From: the human T2T-CHM13v2.0 reference genome, Homo sapiens
DNA length: 64,000 bases
Reading direction: 5' to 3'
Assembly (NCBI GenBank): GCA_009914755.4
Contig: CP086569.2
Span: 61,664,001 to 61,728,000 of the forward strand
Position numbers and translations under genes: made by a program. This document shows, piece by piece, positions 14,171 through 38,003 of the stretch (position 1 is the first letter of the stretch; each line of letters starts with the position of its first letter). The notes under the pieces are model-generated. The model did no database searches, was not told the DNA's origin, and was given only the letters and a program-made list of their open reading frames with translations.

Positions 14171-17100
14171 CAATGCAATCAAATGGCATGGAATAAAATA
14201 GAATGAAAGAGAATCAAACGGAATTGAATCGAATGGAATCGAATGGATTGGAAAGGAATAGAATGGAATGGAATGGAATTGACTCAAATGGAATGGACTA
14301 GAATGGAATGGATTCGAATGGAAGGCAAAGGAATGGAATCTATTGGAATGGACTGTAATGGAATGGAATGGAAGGGATTGGAATGGACTCGAATGGAATG
14401 GACTGCAATAGAAAGGATTCGAATGGAATGAAAAAGAATTGAATGGAATAGAACAGAATGGAATCAAATCGAATGAAATGGAATGGAATAGAAAGGAATG
14501 GAATGAAATGGAATGGAAAGGATTCGAATGGAATGCAATCGAATGGAATGGAATCGAACGGAATGTAATAAAATGGAAGAAAACTGGCAAGAAATGGAAT
14601 CGAAATGAATGGAGTGTTATGGAACGGACTCAAAAGGAATTGAATGTAATAGAATGGAGTGGAGTGGACTCGAATATAATGGACTGGAATGGAATGAAAT
14701 CACATGGAATGGGAACGAATGGAATGGAATGGAAAGGAATGGAATCAAATGGAAAGGAATCGAATGGAAGGGAATGAAATTGAATCAACAGGAATGGAAG
14801 GGAATAGAATAGACGGTAATGGAATGGACTCGAATAGAATGCACACGAATGCTCAAATTGAATGGACTCGAATGGAATGGAAACGAAAGGAATGTCATCG
14901 AATGGAATTGAATCGATTGGAATGAAATCGCATAGAATGCAGTGGAATCAAATGGAATTGAATCGAAAGGAAAGGAAGCGAATGGACTGAAATGAAATGG
15001 AATGGAATTGAATGGAAAGTAATGCAATGGAATAGAATGGAACGAAATTTCACGGAATGGAATCAAACTGAATGGAATCAAATCAATGGAATATAATCAA
15101 ATGGAATGGAAAGGAATTGAATGGAGTAGATTGGATTGGATGGGATTGGAATGAAATTTACTGGAAAGGACTCGAATTTCATGAAACGGAATGGAATGAA
15201 TTGGAACGGAATGGACTCGAATGGAATGGAATGTCATGGAATGGCATCAAACGGAATGGCATCAAATGGGATGGAATCGAATGCAATGGAATGCTATGGA
15301 ATGGAATGGAATGCATTGGAATGGAATGTCCTCTAATGGAATGGATTCGGGTGGAATGGAATCGAATATAATGGAGTCGAATGAAATGGAATTGAAAGGA
15401 ATGGGATCGAATACAATGGAATATACTGGAATGTAACGTAATGAACTCGAATGTAATTGACTGGAATGGAATGTACATGAACGGAATGTAATCGAATTGA
15501 AAGTAATCCAATGGAATAGAATCTAATGCAATAAAATTGACTGTAATAGAATAGAATGTAATGGAATGGAGTGCAGTGCAATGGAATGGAATGGAATGGA
15601 ATGCAATGGAATGGAATGGAATGGAATGGAATGCAATGGGATGGAATGGTATGGAATGGATAGTAATGGACTGGAGTGAAATGGACTGGAAAGGAATGGA
15701 CTCAAATTGAAAGGGCTCGAAAGGAATGGAGTCAAATGGAATGGTCTGGAATGGAATGAACACGAATGTAATGCAATCCAATAGAATGGAATCGAATGGC
15801 ATGGAATATAAAGAAATGGAATCGAAGAGAATGGAAACAAATGGAATGGAATTGAATGGAATGGAATTGAATGGAATGGGAACGAATGGAGTGAAATTGT
15901 ATGCAGTAGAAGAGAATAGAATGGAATGCAAGCGAAAGGAAAGGAATGGATTGGAATGGAATGGAATTCATTGGAATGGAAGGGAATGTAGTGTAATGGA
16001 CAGGCCTGGAATAAAGTGGAATGCTACGGTCTCGAATGGAATAAAAATGTATGGAATGGAATGCAATGAAACGGAATCGAATGTCATAGAATGTAATGGA
16101 ATGCAAAAAAATGGACTCCAAAATCATTGACTGGAAAGGCTGGGTGTCGAAAGGAATTGACTCCAATGGAATGGAATCGAATGGAATGGAAGTGAATAGA
16201 ATCGAACTAAATCGAATGGAATGGAATTGATAGGAACGGAATGGAAAGGAATGCAATGATTTGGCATGGAATGGAATCGAATGGCATCGAATGGAATGGA
16301 ATGGAATGCAATGGAATGGAATGTATTAGAATGTAATGAACTTTAATGGAATGTACTCGAATGGATTCGACTGGAATGGAATGTTCTGGAAGTGAATGGA
16401 CTCCAATGGAATGGATTCGAAAGGAATGGAATCGTACGGAATGGTATCCAATGGAATGGAATTAAATGGAAATGAATCAAATTGAATAGCACGGAATTGA
16501 ATTGAATGGAATCGAATGCAATGGAATCTAATGAAACGGAAAGGAAAGGAATGGAATGGAATGGAATGGGCTGGAATGGAATGGAATCGAAACGAATGGA
16601 ATGGAATCGAACTGAAGAGACTGGAATGGAATGCACTGGAATGGAAGGGAGTGTAATGGAAGGTTCTCGAAAAAAATGGAATCGAATGGAATGGAATTGA
16701 ATGGAACGGAATAGAGTCGAATGGAATTGAATGGAATGGAATGGACTAGAGTGAAATGGAATCGAACCACAAGGAATGGACAGGAATAGAATGGTCTCGA
16801 ATTGAATGGAATCGTATGGAATGGCATCAAACGGAATGGAATGGACAGCCACGGAATGGAATGCACTCGAATGCAATGGAGTCGAAACTAATGGACTGGA
16901 ATAGAATGGACTCGACTGGTACGGACTCCAATGGAATGGAATCGAATGCAAGGGAATCGAACGGAATGGACTCGAAGGGAAAAGACTGCAATGGAAAGGT
17001 CTCGAATGGAATGGAAATTAATGGAATGGAATGGAATCGAAGGAAATGGAGTCAAAAGGAATGGAATCGAATGGCAAGAAATCGAATGTAATGGAATCGC

Positions 17101-17719
17101 AAGGAATTGATGTGAACGGAACGGAATGGAATGGAATCCAAAGGAATGGAATAGAATGGAATGGAATCGAATGGAAAGGACTCGAATGGAAATCACTCGA
17201 ATAGAATGCAATTTAATAAAATAGGATCAAATGTAATGGAATGGAATGGAAAGGAATCGAAACGAAAGGAATGGAGACAGATGGAATGGAATGGAACAGA
17301 GAGCAATGGTATAGAATGGAATGGAATCATCTGGAATGGAATTGAATGGAATGGAATAACATGAAATGGACTGGAATGGAATGGAATGCCCTTGAATTAA
17401 ATGGACTGGAATGGAATAGACTCGAACAGAGTGGAAAGGAAAGTGTTGAAATAGAATGGAATGGACTCCTTTGGAATGGTCTAGTATGCAATGCAATCGA
17501 CTGGCAGGGAATCAAAAGGAATGTAATCGAATGGATTGGACTGGAATGCAATGGACTCGAATAGATTGGAAACGGAATGCAAAGGAATGGAATGGAATAG
17601 TATGGAATGGAATGGAAAGGAATGGAGTGGAATAGACTAGAGTGGAATGGAATGGACTCAAAAGCAATGGACTGGAATGGAACATTCTTGAATGGACTGG
17701 AATCAAACGGAATGGAATG
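14171..17719. repeat. DYZ1/HSat3 HOR copy 5 (3549 bp)
   Basis: Anchor ORF recurs at 14243 and 17792. Confidence 0.85.
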
Positions 17720-20700
17720 CAATGCAATCAAATGGCATGGAATAAAATAGAATGAAAGAGAATCAAACGGAATTGAATCGAATGGAATCGAATGGATTGG
17801 AAAGGAATAGAATGGAATGGAATGGAATTGACTCAAATGGAATGGACTAGAATGGAATGGATTCGAATGGAAGGCAAAGGAATGGAATCTATTGGAATGG
17901 ACTGTAATGGAATGGAATGGAAGGGATTGGAATGGACTCGAATGGAATGGACTGCAATAGAAAGGATTCGAATGGAATGAAAAAGAATTGAATGGAATAG
18001 AACAGAATGGAATCAAATCGAATGAAATGGAATGGAATAGAAAGGAATGGAATGAAATGGAATGGAAAGGATTCGAATGGAATGCAATCGAATGGAATGG
18101 AATCGAACGGAATGTAATAAAATGGAAGAAAACTGGCAAGAAATGGAATCGAAATGAATGGAGTGTTATGGAACGGACTCAAAAGGAATTGAATGTAATA
18201 GAATGGAGTGGAGTGGACTCGAATATAATGGACTGGAATGGAATGAAATCACATGGAATGGGAACGAATGGAATGGAATGGAAAGGAATGGAATCAAATG
18301 GAAAGGAATCGAATGGAAGGGAATGAAATTGAATCAACAGGAATGGAAGGGAATAGAATAGACGGTAATGGAATGGACTCGAATAGAATGCACACGAATG
18401 CTCAAATTGAATGGACTCGAATGGAATGGAAACGAAAGGAATGTCATCGAATGGAATTGAATCGATTGGAATGAAATCGCATAGAATGGAGTGGAATCAA
18501 ATGGAATTGAATCGAAAGGAAAGGAAGGGAATGGACTGAAATGAAATGGAATGGAATTGAATGGAAAGTAATGCAATGGAATAGAATGGAACGAAATTTC
18601 ACGGAATGGAATCAAACAGAATGGAATCAAATCAATGGAATCAAATCAAATGGAATGGAAAGGAATTGAATGGAGTAGATTGGATTGGATGGGATTGGAA
18701 TGAAATGTACTGGAAAGGACTCGAATTTCATGAAACGGAATGGAATGAATTGGAATGGAATGGACTCGAATGGAATGGAATGTCATGGAATGGCATCAAA
18801 CGGAATGGCATCAAATGGGATGGAATCGAATGCAATGGAATGCTATGGAATGGAATGGAATGCATTGGAATGGAATGTCCTCTAATGGAATGGATTCGGG
18901 TGGAATGGAATCGAATATAATGGAGTCGAATGAAATGGAATTGAAAGGAATGGGATCGAATACAATGGAATATACTGGAATGTAACGTAATGAACTCGAA
19001 TGTAATTGACTGGAATGGAATGTACATGAATGGAATGTAATCGAATGGAAAGCAATCCAATGGAATAGAATCTAATGCAATAAAATCGACTCAGATAGAG
19101 TAGAATGTAATGGAATGGAGTGCAGTGCAATGGAATGGAATGGAATGGAATGCAATGGAATGGAATGCAATGGAATGGAATGGAATGCAATGGGATGGAA
19201 TGGTATGGAATGGATAGTAATGGACTGGAGTGAAATGGACTGGAAAGGAATGGACTCAAATTGAAAGGGCTCGAAAGGAATGGAGTCAAGTGGAATGGTC
19301 TGGAATGGAATGAACACGAATGTAATGCAATCCAATAGAATGGAATCGAATGGCATGGAATATAAAGAAATGGAATCGAAGAGAATGGAAACAAATGGAA
19401 TGGAATTGAATGGAATGGAATTGAATGGAATGGGAACGAATGGAGTGAAATTGTATGCAGTAGAAGAGAATAGAATGGAATGCAAGCGAAAGGAAAGGAA
19501 TGGATTGGAATGGAATGGAATTCATTGGAATGGAAGGGAATGTAGTGTAATGGACAGGCCTGGAATAAAGTGGAATGCTACGGTCTCGAATGGAATAAAA
19601 ATGTATGGAATGGAATGCAATGAAACGGAATCGAAAGTCATAGAATGTAATGGAATGCAAAAAAATGGACTCCAAAATCATTGACTGGAAAGGCTGGGTG
19701 TCGAAAGGAATTGACTCCAATGGAATGGAATCGAATGGAATGGAAGTGAATAGAATCGAACTAAATCGAATGGAATGGAATTGATAGGAACGGAATGGAA
19801 AGGAATGCAATGATTTGGCATGGAATGGAATCGAATGGCATCGAATGGAATGGAATGGAATGCAATGGAATGGAATGTATTAGAATGTAATGAACTTTAA
19901 TGGAATGTACTCGAATGGATTCGACTGGAATGGAATGTTCTGGAAGTGAATGGACTCCAATGGAATGGATTCGAAAGGAATGGAATCGTACGGAATGGTA
20001 TCCAATGGAATGGAATTAAATGGAAATGAATCAAATTGAATAGCACGGAATTGAATTGAATGGAATCGAATGCAATGGAATCTAATGAAACGGAAAGGAA
20101 AGGAATGGAATGGAATGGAATGGGCTGGAATGGAATGGAATCGAAACGAATGGAATGGAATCGAACTGAAGAGACTGGAATGGAATGCACTGGAATGGAA
20201 GGGAGTGTAATGGAAGGTTCTCGAAAAAAATGGAATCGAATGGAATGGAATTGAATGGAACGGAATAGAGTCGAATGGAATTGAATGGAATGGAATGGAC
20301 TAGAGTGAAATGGAATCGAACCACAAGGAATGGACAGGAATAGAATGGTCTCGAATTGAATGGAATCGTATGGAATGGCATCAAACGGAATGGAATGGAC
20401 AGCCACGGAATGGAATGCACTCGAATGCAATGGAGTCGAAACTAATGGACTGGAATAGAATGGACTCGACTGGTACGGACTCCAATGGAATGGAATCGAA
20501 TGCAAGGGAATCGAACGGAATGGACTCGAAGGGAAAAGACTGCAATGGAAAGGTCTCGAATGGAATGGAAATTAATGGAATGGAATGGAATCGAAGGAAA
20601 TGGAGTCAAAAGGAATGGAATCGAATGGCAAGAAATCGAATGTAATGGAATCGCAAGGAATTGATGTGAACGGAACGGAATGGAATGGAATCCAAAGGAA

Positions 20701-21273
20701 TGGAATAGAATGGAATGGAATCGAATGGAAAGGACTCGAATGGAAATCACTTGAATAGAATGCAATTTAATAAAATAGGATCAAATGTAATGGAATGGAA
20801 TGGAAACGAATCGAAACGAAAGGAATGGAGACAGATGGAATGGAATGGAATAGAGAGCAATGGTATAGAATGGAATGGAATCATCTGGAATGGAATTGAA
20901 TGGAATGGAATAACATGAAATGGAATGGAATGGAATGGAATGCCCTTGAATTAAATGGACTGGAATGGAATGGACTCGAACAGAGTGGAATGGAAAGTGT
21001 TGAAATAGAATGGAATGGACTCCTTTGGAATGGTCTAGTATGCAATGCAGTCGACTGGCAGGGAATCAAAAGGAGTATAATGGAATGGATTGGACTGGAA
21101 TGCAATGGACTCGAATAGATTGGAAACGGAATGCAAAGGAATGGAATGGAATAGTATGGAATGGAATGGAAAGGAATGGAGTGGAATAGACTAGAGTGGA
21201 ATGGAATGGACTCAAAAGCAATGGACTGGAATGGAACTTTCTTGAATGGACTGGAATCAAACGGAATGGAATG
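17720..21273. repeat. DYZ1/HSat3 HOR copy 6 (3554 bp variant)
   Basis: Anchor ORF recurs at 17792 and 21346. There is an extra pentamer-scale indel between ~18770 and 19280 relative to copy 5. Confidence 0.85.
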
Positions 21274-24200
21274 CAATGCAATCAAATGGCATGGAATAAA
21301 ATAGAATGAAAGAGAATCAAACGGAATTGAATCGAATGGAATCGAATGGATTGGAAAGGAATAGAATGGAATGGAATGGAATTGACTCAAATGGAATGGA
21401 CTAGAATGGAATGGATTCGAATGGAAGGCAAAGGAATGGAATCTATTGGAATGGACTGTAATGGAATGGAATGGAAGGGATTGGAATGGACTCGAATGGA
21501 ATGGACTGCAATAGAAAGGATTCGAATGGAATGAAAAAGAATTGAATGGAATAGAACAGAATGGAATCAAATCGAATGAAATGGAATGGAATAGAAAGGA
21601 ATGGAATGAAATGGAATGGAAAGGATTCGAATGGAATGCAATCGAATGGAATGCAATCGAATGGAATGGAATCGAACGGAATGGAATAAAATGGAAGAAA
21701 ACTGGCAAGAAATGGAATCGAAATGAATGGAGTGTTATGGAACGGACTCAAAAGGAATTGAATGTAATAGAATGGAGTGGAGTGGACTCGAATATAATGG
21801 ACTGGAATGGAATGAAATCACATGGAATGGGAACGAATGGAATGGAATGGAAAGGAATGGAATCGAATGGAATCGAATGTAAAGGAATCGAATGGAAGGG
21901 AATGAAATTGAATCAACAGGAATGGAAGGGAATAGAATAGAAGGTAATGGAATGGACTCGAATAGAATGGACACGAATGCTCAAATTGAATGGACTCGAA
22001 TGGAATGGAAACGAAAGGAATGTCATTGAATGGAATTGAATCGATTGGAATGAAATCGCATAGAATGGAGTGGAATCAAATGGAATTGAATCGAAAGGAA
22101 AGGAAGCGAATGGACTGAAATGAAATGGAATGGAATTGAATGGAAAGTAATGCAATGGAATAGAATGGAACGAAATTTCACGGAATGGAATCAAACTGAA
22201 TGGAATCAAATCAATGGAATATAATCAAATGGAATGGAAAGGAATTGAATGGAGTAGATTGGATTGGATGGGATTGGAATGAAATGTACTGGAAAGGACT
22301 CGAATTTCATGAAACGGAATGGAATGAATTGGAACGGAATGGACTCGAATGGAATAGAATGTCATGGAATGGCATCAAATGGAATGGCATCAAATGGAAT
22401 GGAATCGAATGCAATGGAATGCTATGGAATAGAATGGAATGCATTGGAATGGAATGTCCCCTAATGGAATGGATTCGAGTGGAATGGAATCGAATATAAT
22501 GGAGTCGAATGAAATGGAATTGAAAGGAATGGGAGCGAATACAATGGAATATACTGGAATGTAATGGAATGAACTCGAATGTAATTGACTGGAATGGAAT
22601 GTACATGAATGGAATGTAATCGAATGGAAAGCAATCCAATGGAATAGAATCTAATGCAATAAAATCGACTCAAATAGAGTAGAATGTAATGGAATGGAGT
22701 GCAGTGCAATGGAATGGAATGGAATGGAATGCAATGGAATGGAATGGAATGGAATGGAATGGGATGGAATGGTATGGAATGGATAGTAATGGACTGGAGT
22801 GAAATGGACTGGAAAAGAATGGACTCAAATTGAAAGGGCTCGAAAGGAATGGAGTCAAATGGAATGGTCTGGAATGGAATGAACACGAATGTAATGCAAT
22901 CCAATAGAATGGAATCGAATGGCATGGAATATAAAGAAATGGAATCGAAGAGAATGGAAACAAATGGAATGGAATTGAATGGAATGGAATTGAATGGAAT
23001 GGGAACGAATGGAGTGAAATTGTATGCAGTAGAAGAGAATAGAATGGAATGCAAGCGAAAGGAAAGGAATGGATTGGAATGGAATGGAATTCATTGGAAT
23101 GGAAGTGAATGTAGTGTAATGGACAGGCCTGGAATAAAGTGGAATGCTACGGTCTCGAATGGAATAAAAATGTATGGAATGGAATGCAATGAAACGGAAT
23201 CGAATGTCATAGAATGTAATGGAATGCAAAAAAATGGACTCCAAAATCATTGACTGGAAAGGCTGGGTGTCGAAAGGAATTGACTCCAATGGAATGGAAT
23301 CGAATGGAATGGAAGTGAATAGAATCGAACTAAATCGAATGGAATGGAATTGATAGGAACGGAATGGAAAGGAATGCAATGATTTGGCATGGAATGGAAT
23401 CGAATGGCATCGAATGGAATGGAATGGAATGCAATGGAATGGAATGTATTAGAATGTAATGAACTTTAATGGAATGAACTCGAATGGATTCGACTGGAAT
23501 GGAATGTTCTCCAAGTGAATGGACTCCAATGGAATGGATTCGAAAGGAATGGAATCAAATGGAATGGAATTAAATGGAAATGAATCAAATTGAATAGCAC
23601 GGAATTGAATTGAATGGAATCGAATGCAATGGAATCTAATGAAACGGAAAGGAAAGGAATGGAAAGGAATGTAATGGGCTGGGATGGAATGGAATCGAAA
23701 CGAATGGAATGGAATCGAACTGAAGAGACTGGAATGGAATGCACTGGAATGGAAGGGAGTGTAATGGAAGGTTCTCGAAAAAAATGGAATCGAAAGGAAT
23801 GGAATTGAATGGAACGGAATAGAGTCGAATGGAATTGAATGGAATGGAATGGACTAGAGTGAAATGGAATCGAACCGCAAGGAATGGACAGGAATAGAAT
23901 GGTCTCGAATTGAATTGGATCGTATGGAATGGCATCAAACGGAATGGAATGGACAGCCACGGAATGGAATGCACTCGAATGCAATGGAGTCGAAACTAAT
24001 GGACTGGAATAGAATGGACTCGACTGGTACGGACTCCAATGGAATGGAATCGAATGGAAGGGAATCGAACGGAATGGACTCGAAGGGAAAAGACTGCAAT
24101 GGAAAGGTCTCGAATGGAATGGAAATTAATGGAATGGAATGGAATCGAATGAAATGGAGTCAAAAGGAATGGAATGGAATGGCAAGAAATCGAATGTAAT

Positions 24201-24827
24201 GGAATCGCAAGGAATTGATGTGAATGGAACGGAATGGAATGGAATCCAAAGGAATGGAATAGAATGGAATGGAATCGAATTGAAAGGACTCGAATGGAAA
24301 TCACTCGAATAGAATGCAATTTAATAAAATAGGATCAAATGTAATGGAATGGAATGGAAAGGAATCGAAACGAAAGGAATGGAGACAGATGGAATGGAAT
24401 GGAACAGAGAGCAATGGTATAGAATGGAATGGAATCATCTGGAATGGAATTGAATGGAATGGAATAACATGAAATGGACTGGAATGGAATGGAATGCCCT
24501 TGAATTAAATGGACTGGAATGGAATGGACTCGAACAGAGTGGAATGGAAAGTGTTGAAATAGAATGGAATGGACTCCTTTGGAATGGTCTAGTATGCAAT
24601 GCAATCGACTGGCAGGGAATCAAAAGGAATGTAATCGAATGGATTGGACTGGAATGCAATGGACTCGAATAGATTGGAAACGGAATGCAAAGGAATGGAA
24701 TGGAATAGTATGGAATGGAATGGAAAGGAATGGAGTGGAATAGACTAGAGTGGAATGGAATGGACTCAAAAGCAATGGACTGGAATGGAACATTCTTGAA
24801 TGGACTGGAATCAAACGGAATGGAATG
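21274..24827. repeat. DYZ1/HSat3 HOR copy 7 (3554 bp variant)
   Basis: Anchor ORF recurs at 21346 and 24900. It has a 15-bp duplication (gaatgcaatcgaatg x2) near 21640-21670 and a compensating ~10-bp deletion near 21690 (ORF 21542 reads GIERNGIKW where other copies read GIERNVIKW). Confidence 0.85.
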
Positions 24828-26795
24828 CAATGCAATCAAATGGCATGGAATAAAATAGAATGAAAGAGAATCAAACGGAATTGAATCGAATGGAATCGAA
24901 TGGATTGGAAAGGAATAGAATGGAATGGAATGGAATTGACTCAAATGGAATGGACTAGAATGGAATGGATTCGAATGGAAGGCAAAGGAATGGAATCTAT
25001 TGGAATGGACTGTAATGGAATGGAATGGAAGGGATTGGAATGGACTCGAATGGAATGGACTGCAATAGAAAGGATTCGAACGGAATGAAAAAGAATTGAA
25101 TGGAATAGAACAGAATGGAATCAAATCGAATGAAATGGAATGGAATAGAAAGGAATGGAATGAAATGGAATGGAAAGGATTCGAATGGAATGTAATAGAA
25201 TGGAATGGAATCAAAAGGAATGGAATAAAATGGAAGAAAACTGGCAAGAAATGGAATCGAAATGAATGGAGTGTTATGGAACGGACTCAAAAGGAATTGA
25301 ATGTAATAGAATGGAGTGGAGTGGACTCGAATATAATGGACTGGAATGGAATGAAATCACATGGAATGGGAACGAATGGAATGGAATGGAAAGGAATGGA
25401 ATCGAATGGAAAGGAATCGAATGGAAGGGAATGAAATTGAATCAACAGGAATGGAAGGAAGTAGAATAGACGGTAATGGAATGGACTCGAATAGAATGGA
25501 CAGGAATGCTCAAATTGAATGGACTCGAATGGAATGGAAACGAAAGGAATGTCATCGAATGGAATTGAATCGATTGGAATGAAATCGCATAGAATGGAGT
25601 GGAATCAAATGGAATTGAATCGAAAGGAAAGGAAGCGAATGGACTGAAATGAAATGGAATGGAATTGAATGGAAAGTAACGCAATGGAATAGAATGGGAT
25701 GAAATTTCACGGAATGGAATCAAATAGAATGGAATCAAATCAATGGAATATAATCAAATGGAATGGAAAGGAATTGAATGGAGTAGATTGGATTGGATGG
25801 GATTGGAATGAAATGGAATGGAAAGGACTCGAAGTTCATGAAACGGAATGGAATGAATTGGAATGGAATGGACTCGAATGGAATGGAATATCATGGAATG
25901 GCATCAAATGGAATGGAATCGAATGGAATGGAATCGAATGCATTGGAATGTTATGAAAAAGGAATGGAATGTATTCGAATGAAAAGTCCTCTAATGGAAT
26001 GGATTCGAGTGGAATGGAATCGAATATAATGGAGTCGAATGAAATGGAATTGAAAGGAATGGGATCGAATAGAATGGAATATACTGGAATGTAATGTAAT
26101 GAAGTCGAATGTAATTGACTGGAATGGAATGTACATGAATGGAATGTAATCGAATGGAAAGTAATCCAATGGAATAGAATCTAATGCAATAAAATCGACT
26201 CAAATGGAATAGAATGTAATAGAATGGAATGCAGTGCAATGGAACGGAATGGAATGCAATGCAATGGAGTGGAATGGAAGGGAATGGAATGGGATGGAAT
26301 GGTATGTAATGGATAGGAATGGACTGGAGTGAAATGGACTGGAAAGGAATGGACTCAAATTGAAAGGGCTCGAAAGGAATGGAGTCAAATGGAATGGTCT
26401 GGAATGGAATGAACTCGAATGTAATGCAGTCCAATAGAATGGAATCGAATGGCATGGAATATAAAGAAATGGAATCGAAGAGAACGGAAACAAATGGAAT
26501 GGAATTGAATGGAATGGGAACGAATGGAGTGAAATTGTATGGAATAGAAGAGAATAGAATGGAATGCAAGCGAAAGGAAAGGTATGGATTGGAATGGAAT
26601 GGAATTCATTGGAATGGAAGGGAATGTAGAGTAATGGACAGGCCTGGAAAAAACTGGAATGCTACGGTCTCGAATGGAATAAAAATGTATGGAATGCAAT
26701 GCAATGAAACGGAATCAAATGTCATAGAATGTAATGGAATGCAAAAAAATGGACTCCGAAGTCATTGACTGGAAAGGCTGGGTGTCGAAAGGAAT
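24828..26795. repeat. DYZ1/HSat3 HOR copy 8, truncated at HOR phase ~1970 by the DYZ2 junction
   Basis: This copy follows the copy-7 phase. It ends inside the string gtcattgactggaaaggctgggtgtcgaaaggaat, which in full copies continues tgactccaatgg. Confidence 0.85.
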
Positions 26796-28361
<1,566 letters not shown>

Positions 28362-28925
28362 ATATTTTTCAAATGAAAAAAAATTTCAAAGCTACTCTGC
28401 TTGGTACAATAATCAAATGTATAAACTGAGGAATAAAACATAACCATGAAACATACTTATAACTGCATATGGAAAATACAGAGGATAATTTTTTAAATAA
28501 CATATTTTGAAAGCCTTAACTAGTAATTGAAAGAGTTGGCATTTGAAAGGCCAGTATGAATATACCTTCAAAGCAGCAACACAGGTTCCCCATGAGAAAA
28601 ATCAAACTCAGGGAAAATGAAACCACAAAGGTTCAATCTCTTCTGACCTTTGAAAGACACAGCACAGACAGTGGCCCTTAGGACCAAGAGCAGGAGACCC
28701 CTAATCCCGTCACCATGGCGATAGGGCATAAACATTGCTGGGTGAGGGCACAATCCACATTGAGGGGTCCAAATGCTGCCAGGAAGACAGAAGTGCTTCT
28801 ACATAGACCGAAAGGTCACTGAAGGCTCAGAGTTTTGATTCAAAAACTGAATCCCAAGCCCACACGTTATTGTGCTGCGCTTCTTAAAACAAGTTATGAG
28901 ATGGGAAATAGGGCACCCACAAACA
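28362..28925. other. Non-satellite, non-Alu ~565-bp segment of DYZ2 unit (moderate GC, origin unknown); recurs once per unit (~30775, 33182, 35589, 38004, 40413, 42826, 45239, 47654, 50038)
   Basis: The segment runs from catatttttcaaatgaaaaaaaatttcaaagctactctgcttggtac... to ...gggaaatagggcacccacaaacatacgtatac, and lies between the Alu and the AT-rich core. I do not recognise it as a named repeat family. Confidence 0.6.
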
Positions 28926-37705
<8,780 letters not shown>

Positions 37706-38003
37706 TTTTTTTTTAGAGAGGGTCTTGCCCTGTTGCACAGGGTGGACTACAATGGCGTCATCTTTGCTCACTGCAACATCTGCCTCACGGGTCCAAGCGA
37801 TTGTCCTCCCTCAGCCTCCCAGGTAGCTGGGACTACACCACACTGGGACTACACCAGCTGCCACCGTGCCTAGCTAATTTTTTGGATTTTTCGTAGTGAC
37901 AGCGTTTCACTGTATTGGCCAGGATGGTCTTGATCTGTTCACCTTGTGATCCCCTTGCCTTGGCCTCCAAATTTGCTGGGACTACAGGCCTGAGCCAAGA
38001 TAC
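37706..38003 (-). mobile_element. Alu SINE copy within DYZ2 unit 5
   Basis: Same Alu as at 28064. It carries private variants (gggtcttgccctg, ggactacaatggcgtc). Confidence 0.95.

Larger units (their letters stand above)
1..26795. repeat. HSat3 (GGAAT)n satellite array in ~3.55-kb higher-order repeat units, DYZ1-type (human Yq12 heterochromatin); GGAAT on + strand
   Basis: Seen in sequence: near-pure runs of ggaat pentamers and one-base variants (cgaat, ggact, gcaat, etc.). The same 62-aa artefactual ORF string recurs at 73, 3597, 7146, 10695, 14243, 17792, 21346 and 24900, giving periods of 3524, 3549, 3549, 3548, 3549, 3554 and 3554 bp. Established: DYZ1 is a ~3.5-3.6 kb HSat3 repeat on Yq12. 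The block ends abruptly at 26795 (ggaat|aaataatat). Confidence 0.9.

Noticed and set aside
1-26795. Alternative assignment as HSat2 or as autosomal HSat3 (e.g. 9q12)
   Set aside because: HSat2 is dominated by degenerate CGAATGGAAT-type 10-mers without long pure GGAAT runs. Here there are long clean GGAAT runs organised in a 3.5-kb HOR and physically adjacent to a 2.4-kb Alu+AT-rich repeat. That combination is specific to Yq12 DYZ1/DYZ2. Autosomal origin cannot be strictly excluded without a genome search.
28568-28753. 61-aa ORF (MCPHPAMFMPYRHGDGIRGLLLL...) conserved in the non-satellite segment of every DYZ2 unit
   Set aside because: The conservation reflects satellite amplification, not selection. 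Differences between copies are mostly non-synonymous (RATV/RTTV/RNTV, HGDG/PGDG/HGDR, SATVCAVLFKGQNRVNI in edge copies). The ORF is disrupted in unit 8 (no corresponding entry near 45445 in the ORF track). There is no recognisable domain or start context.
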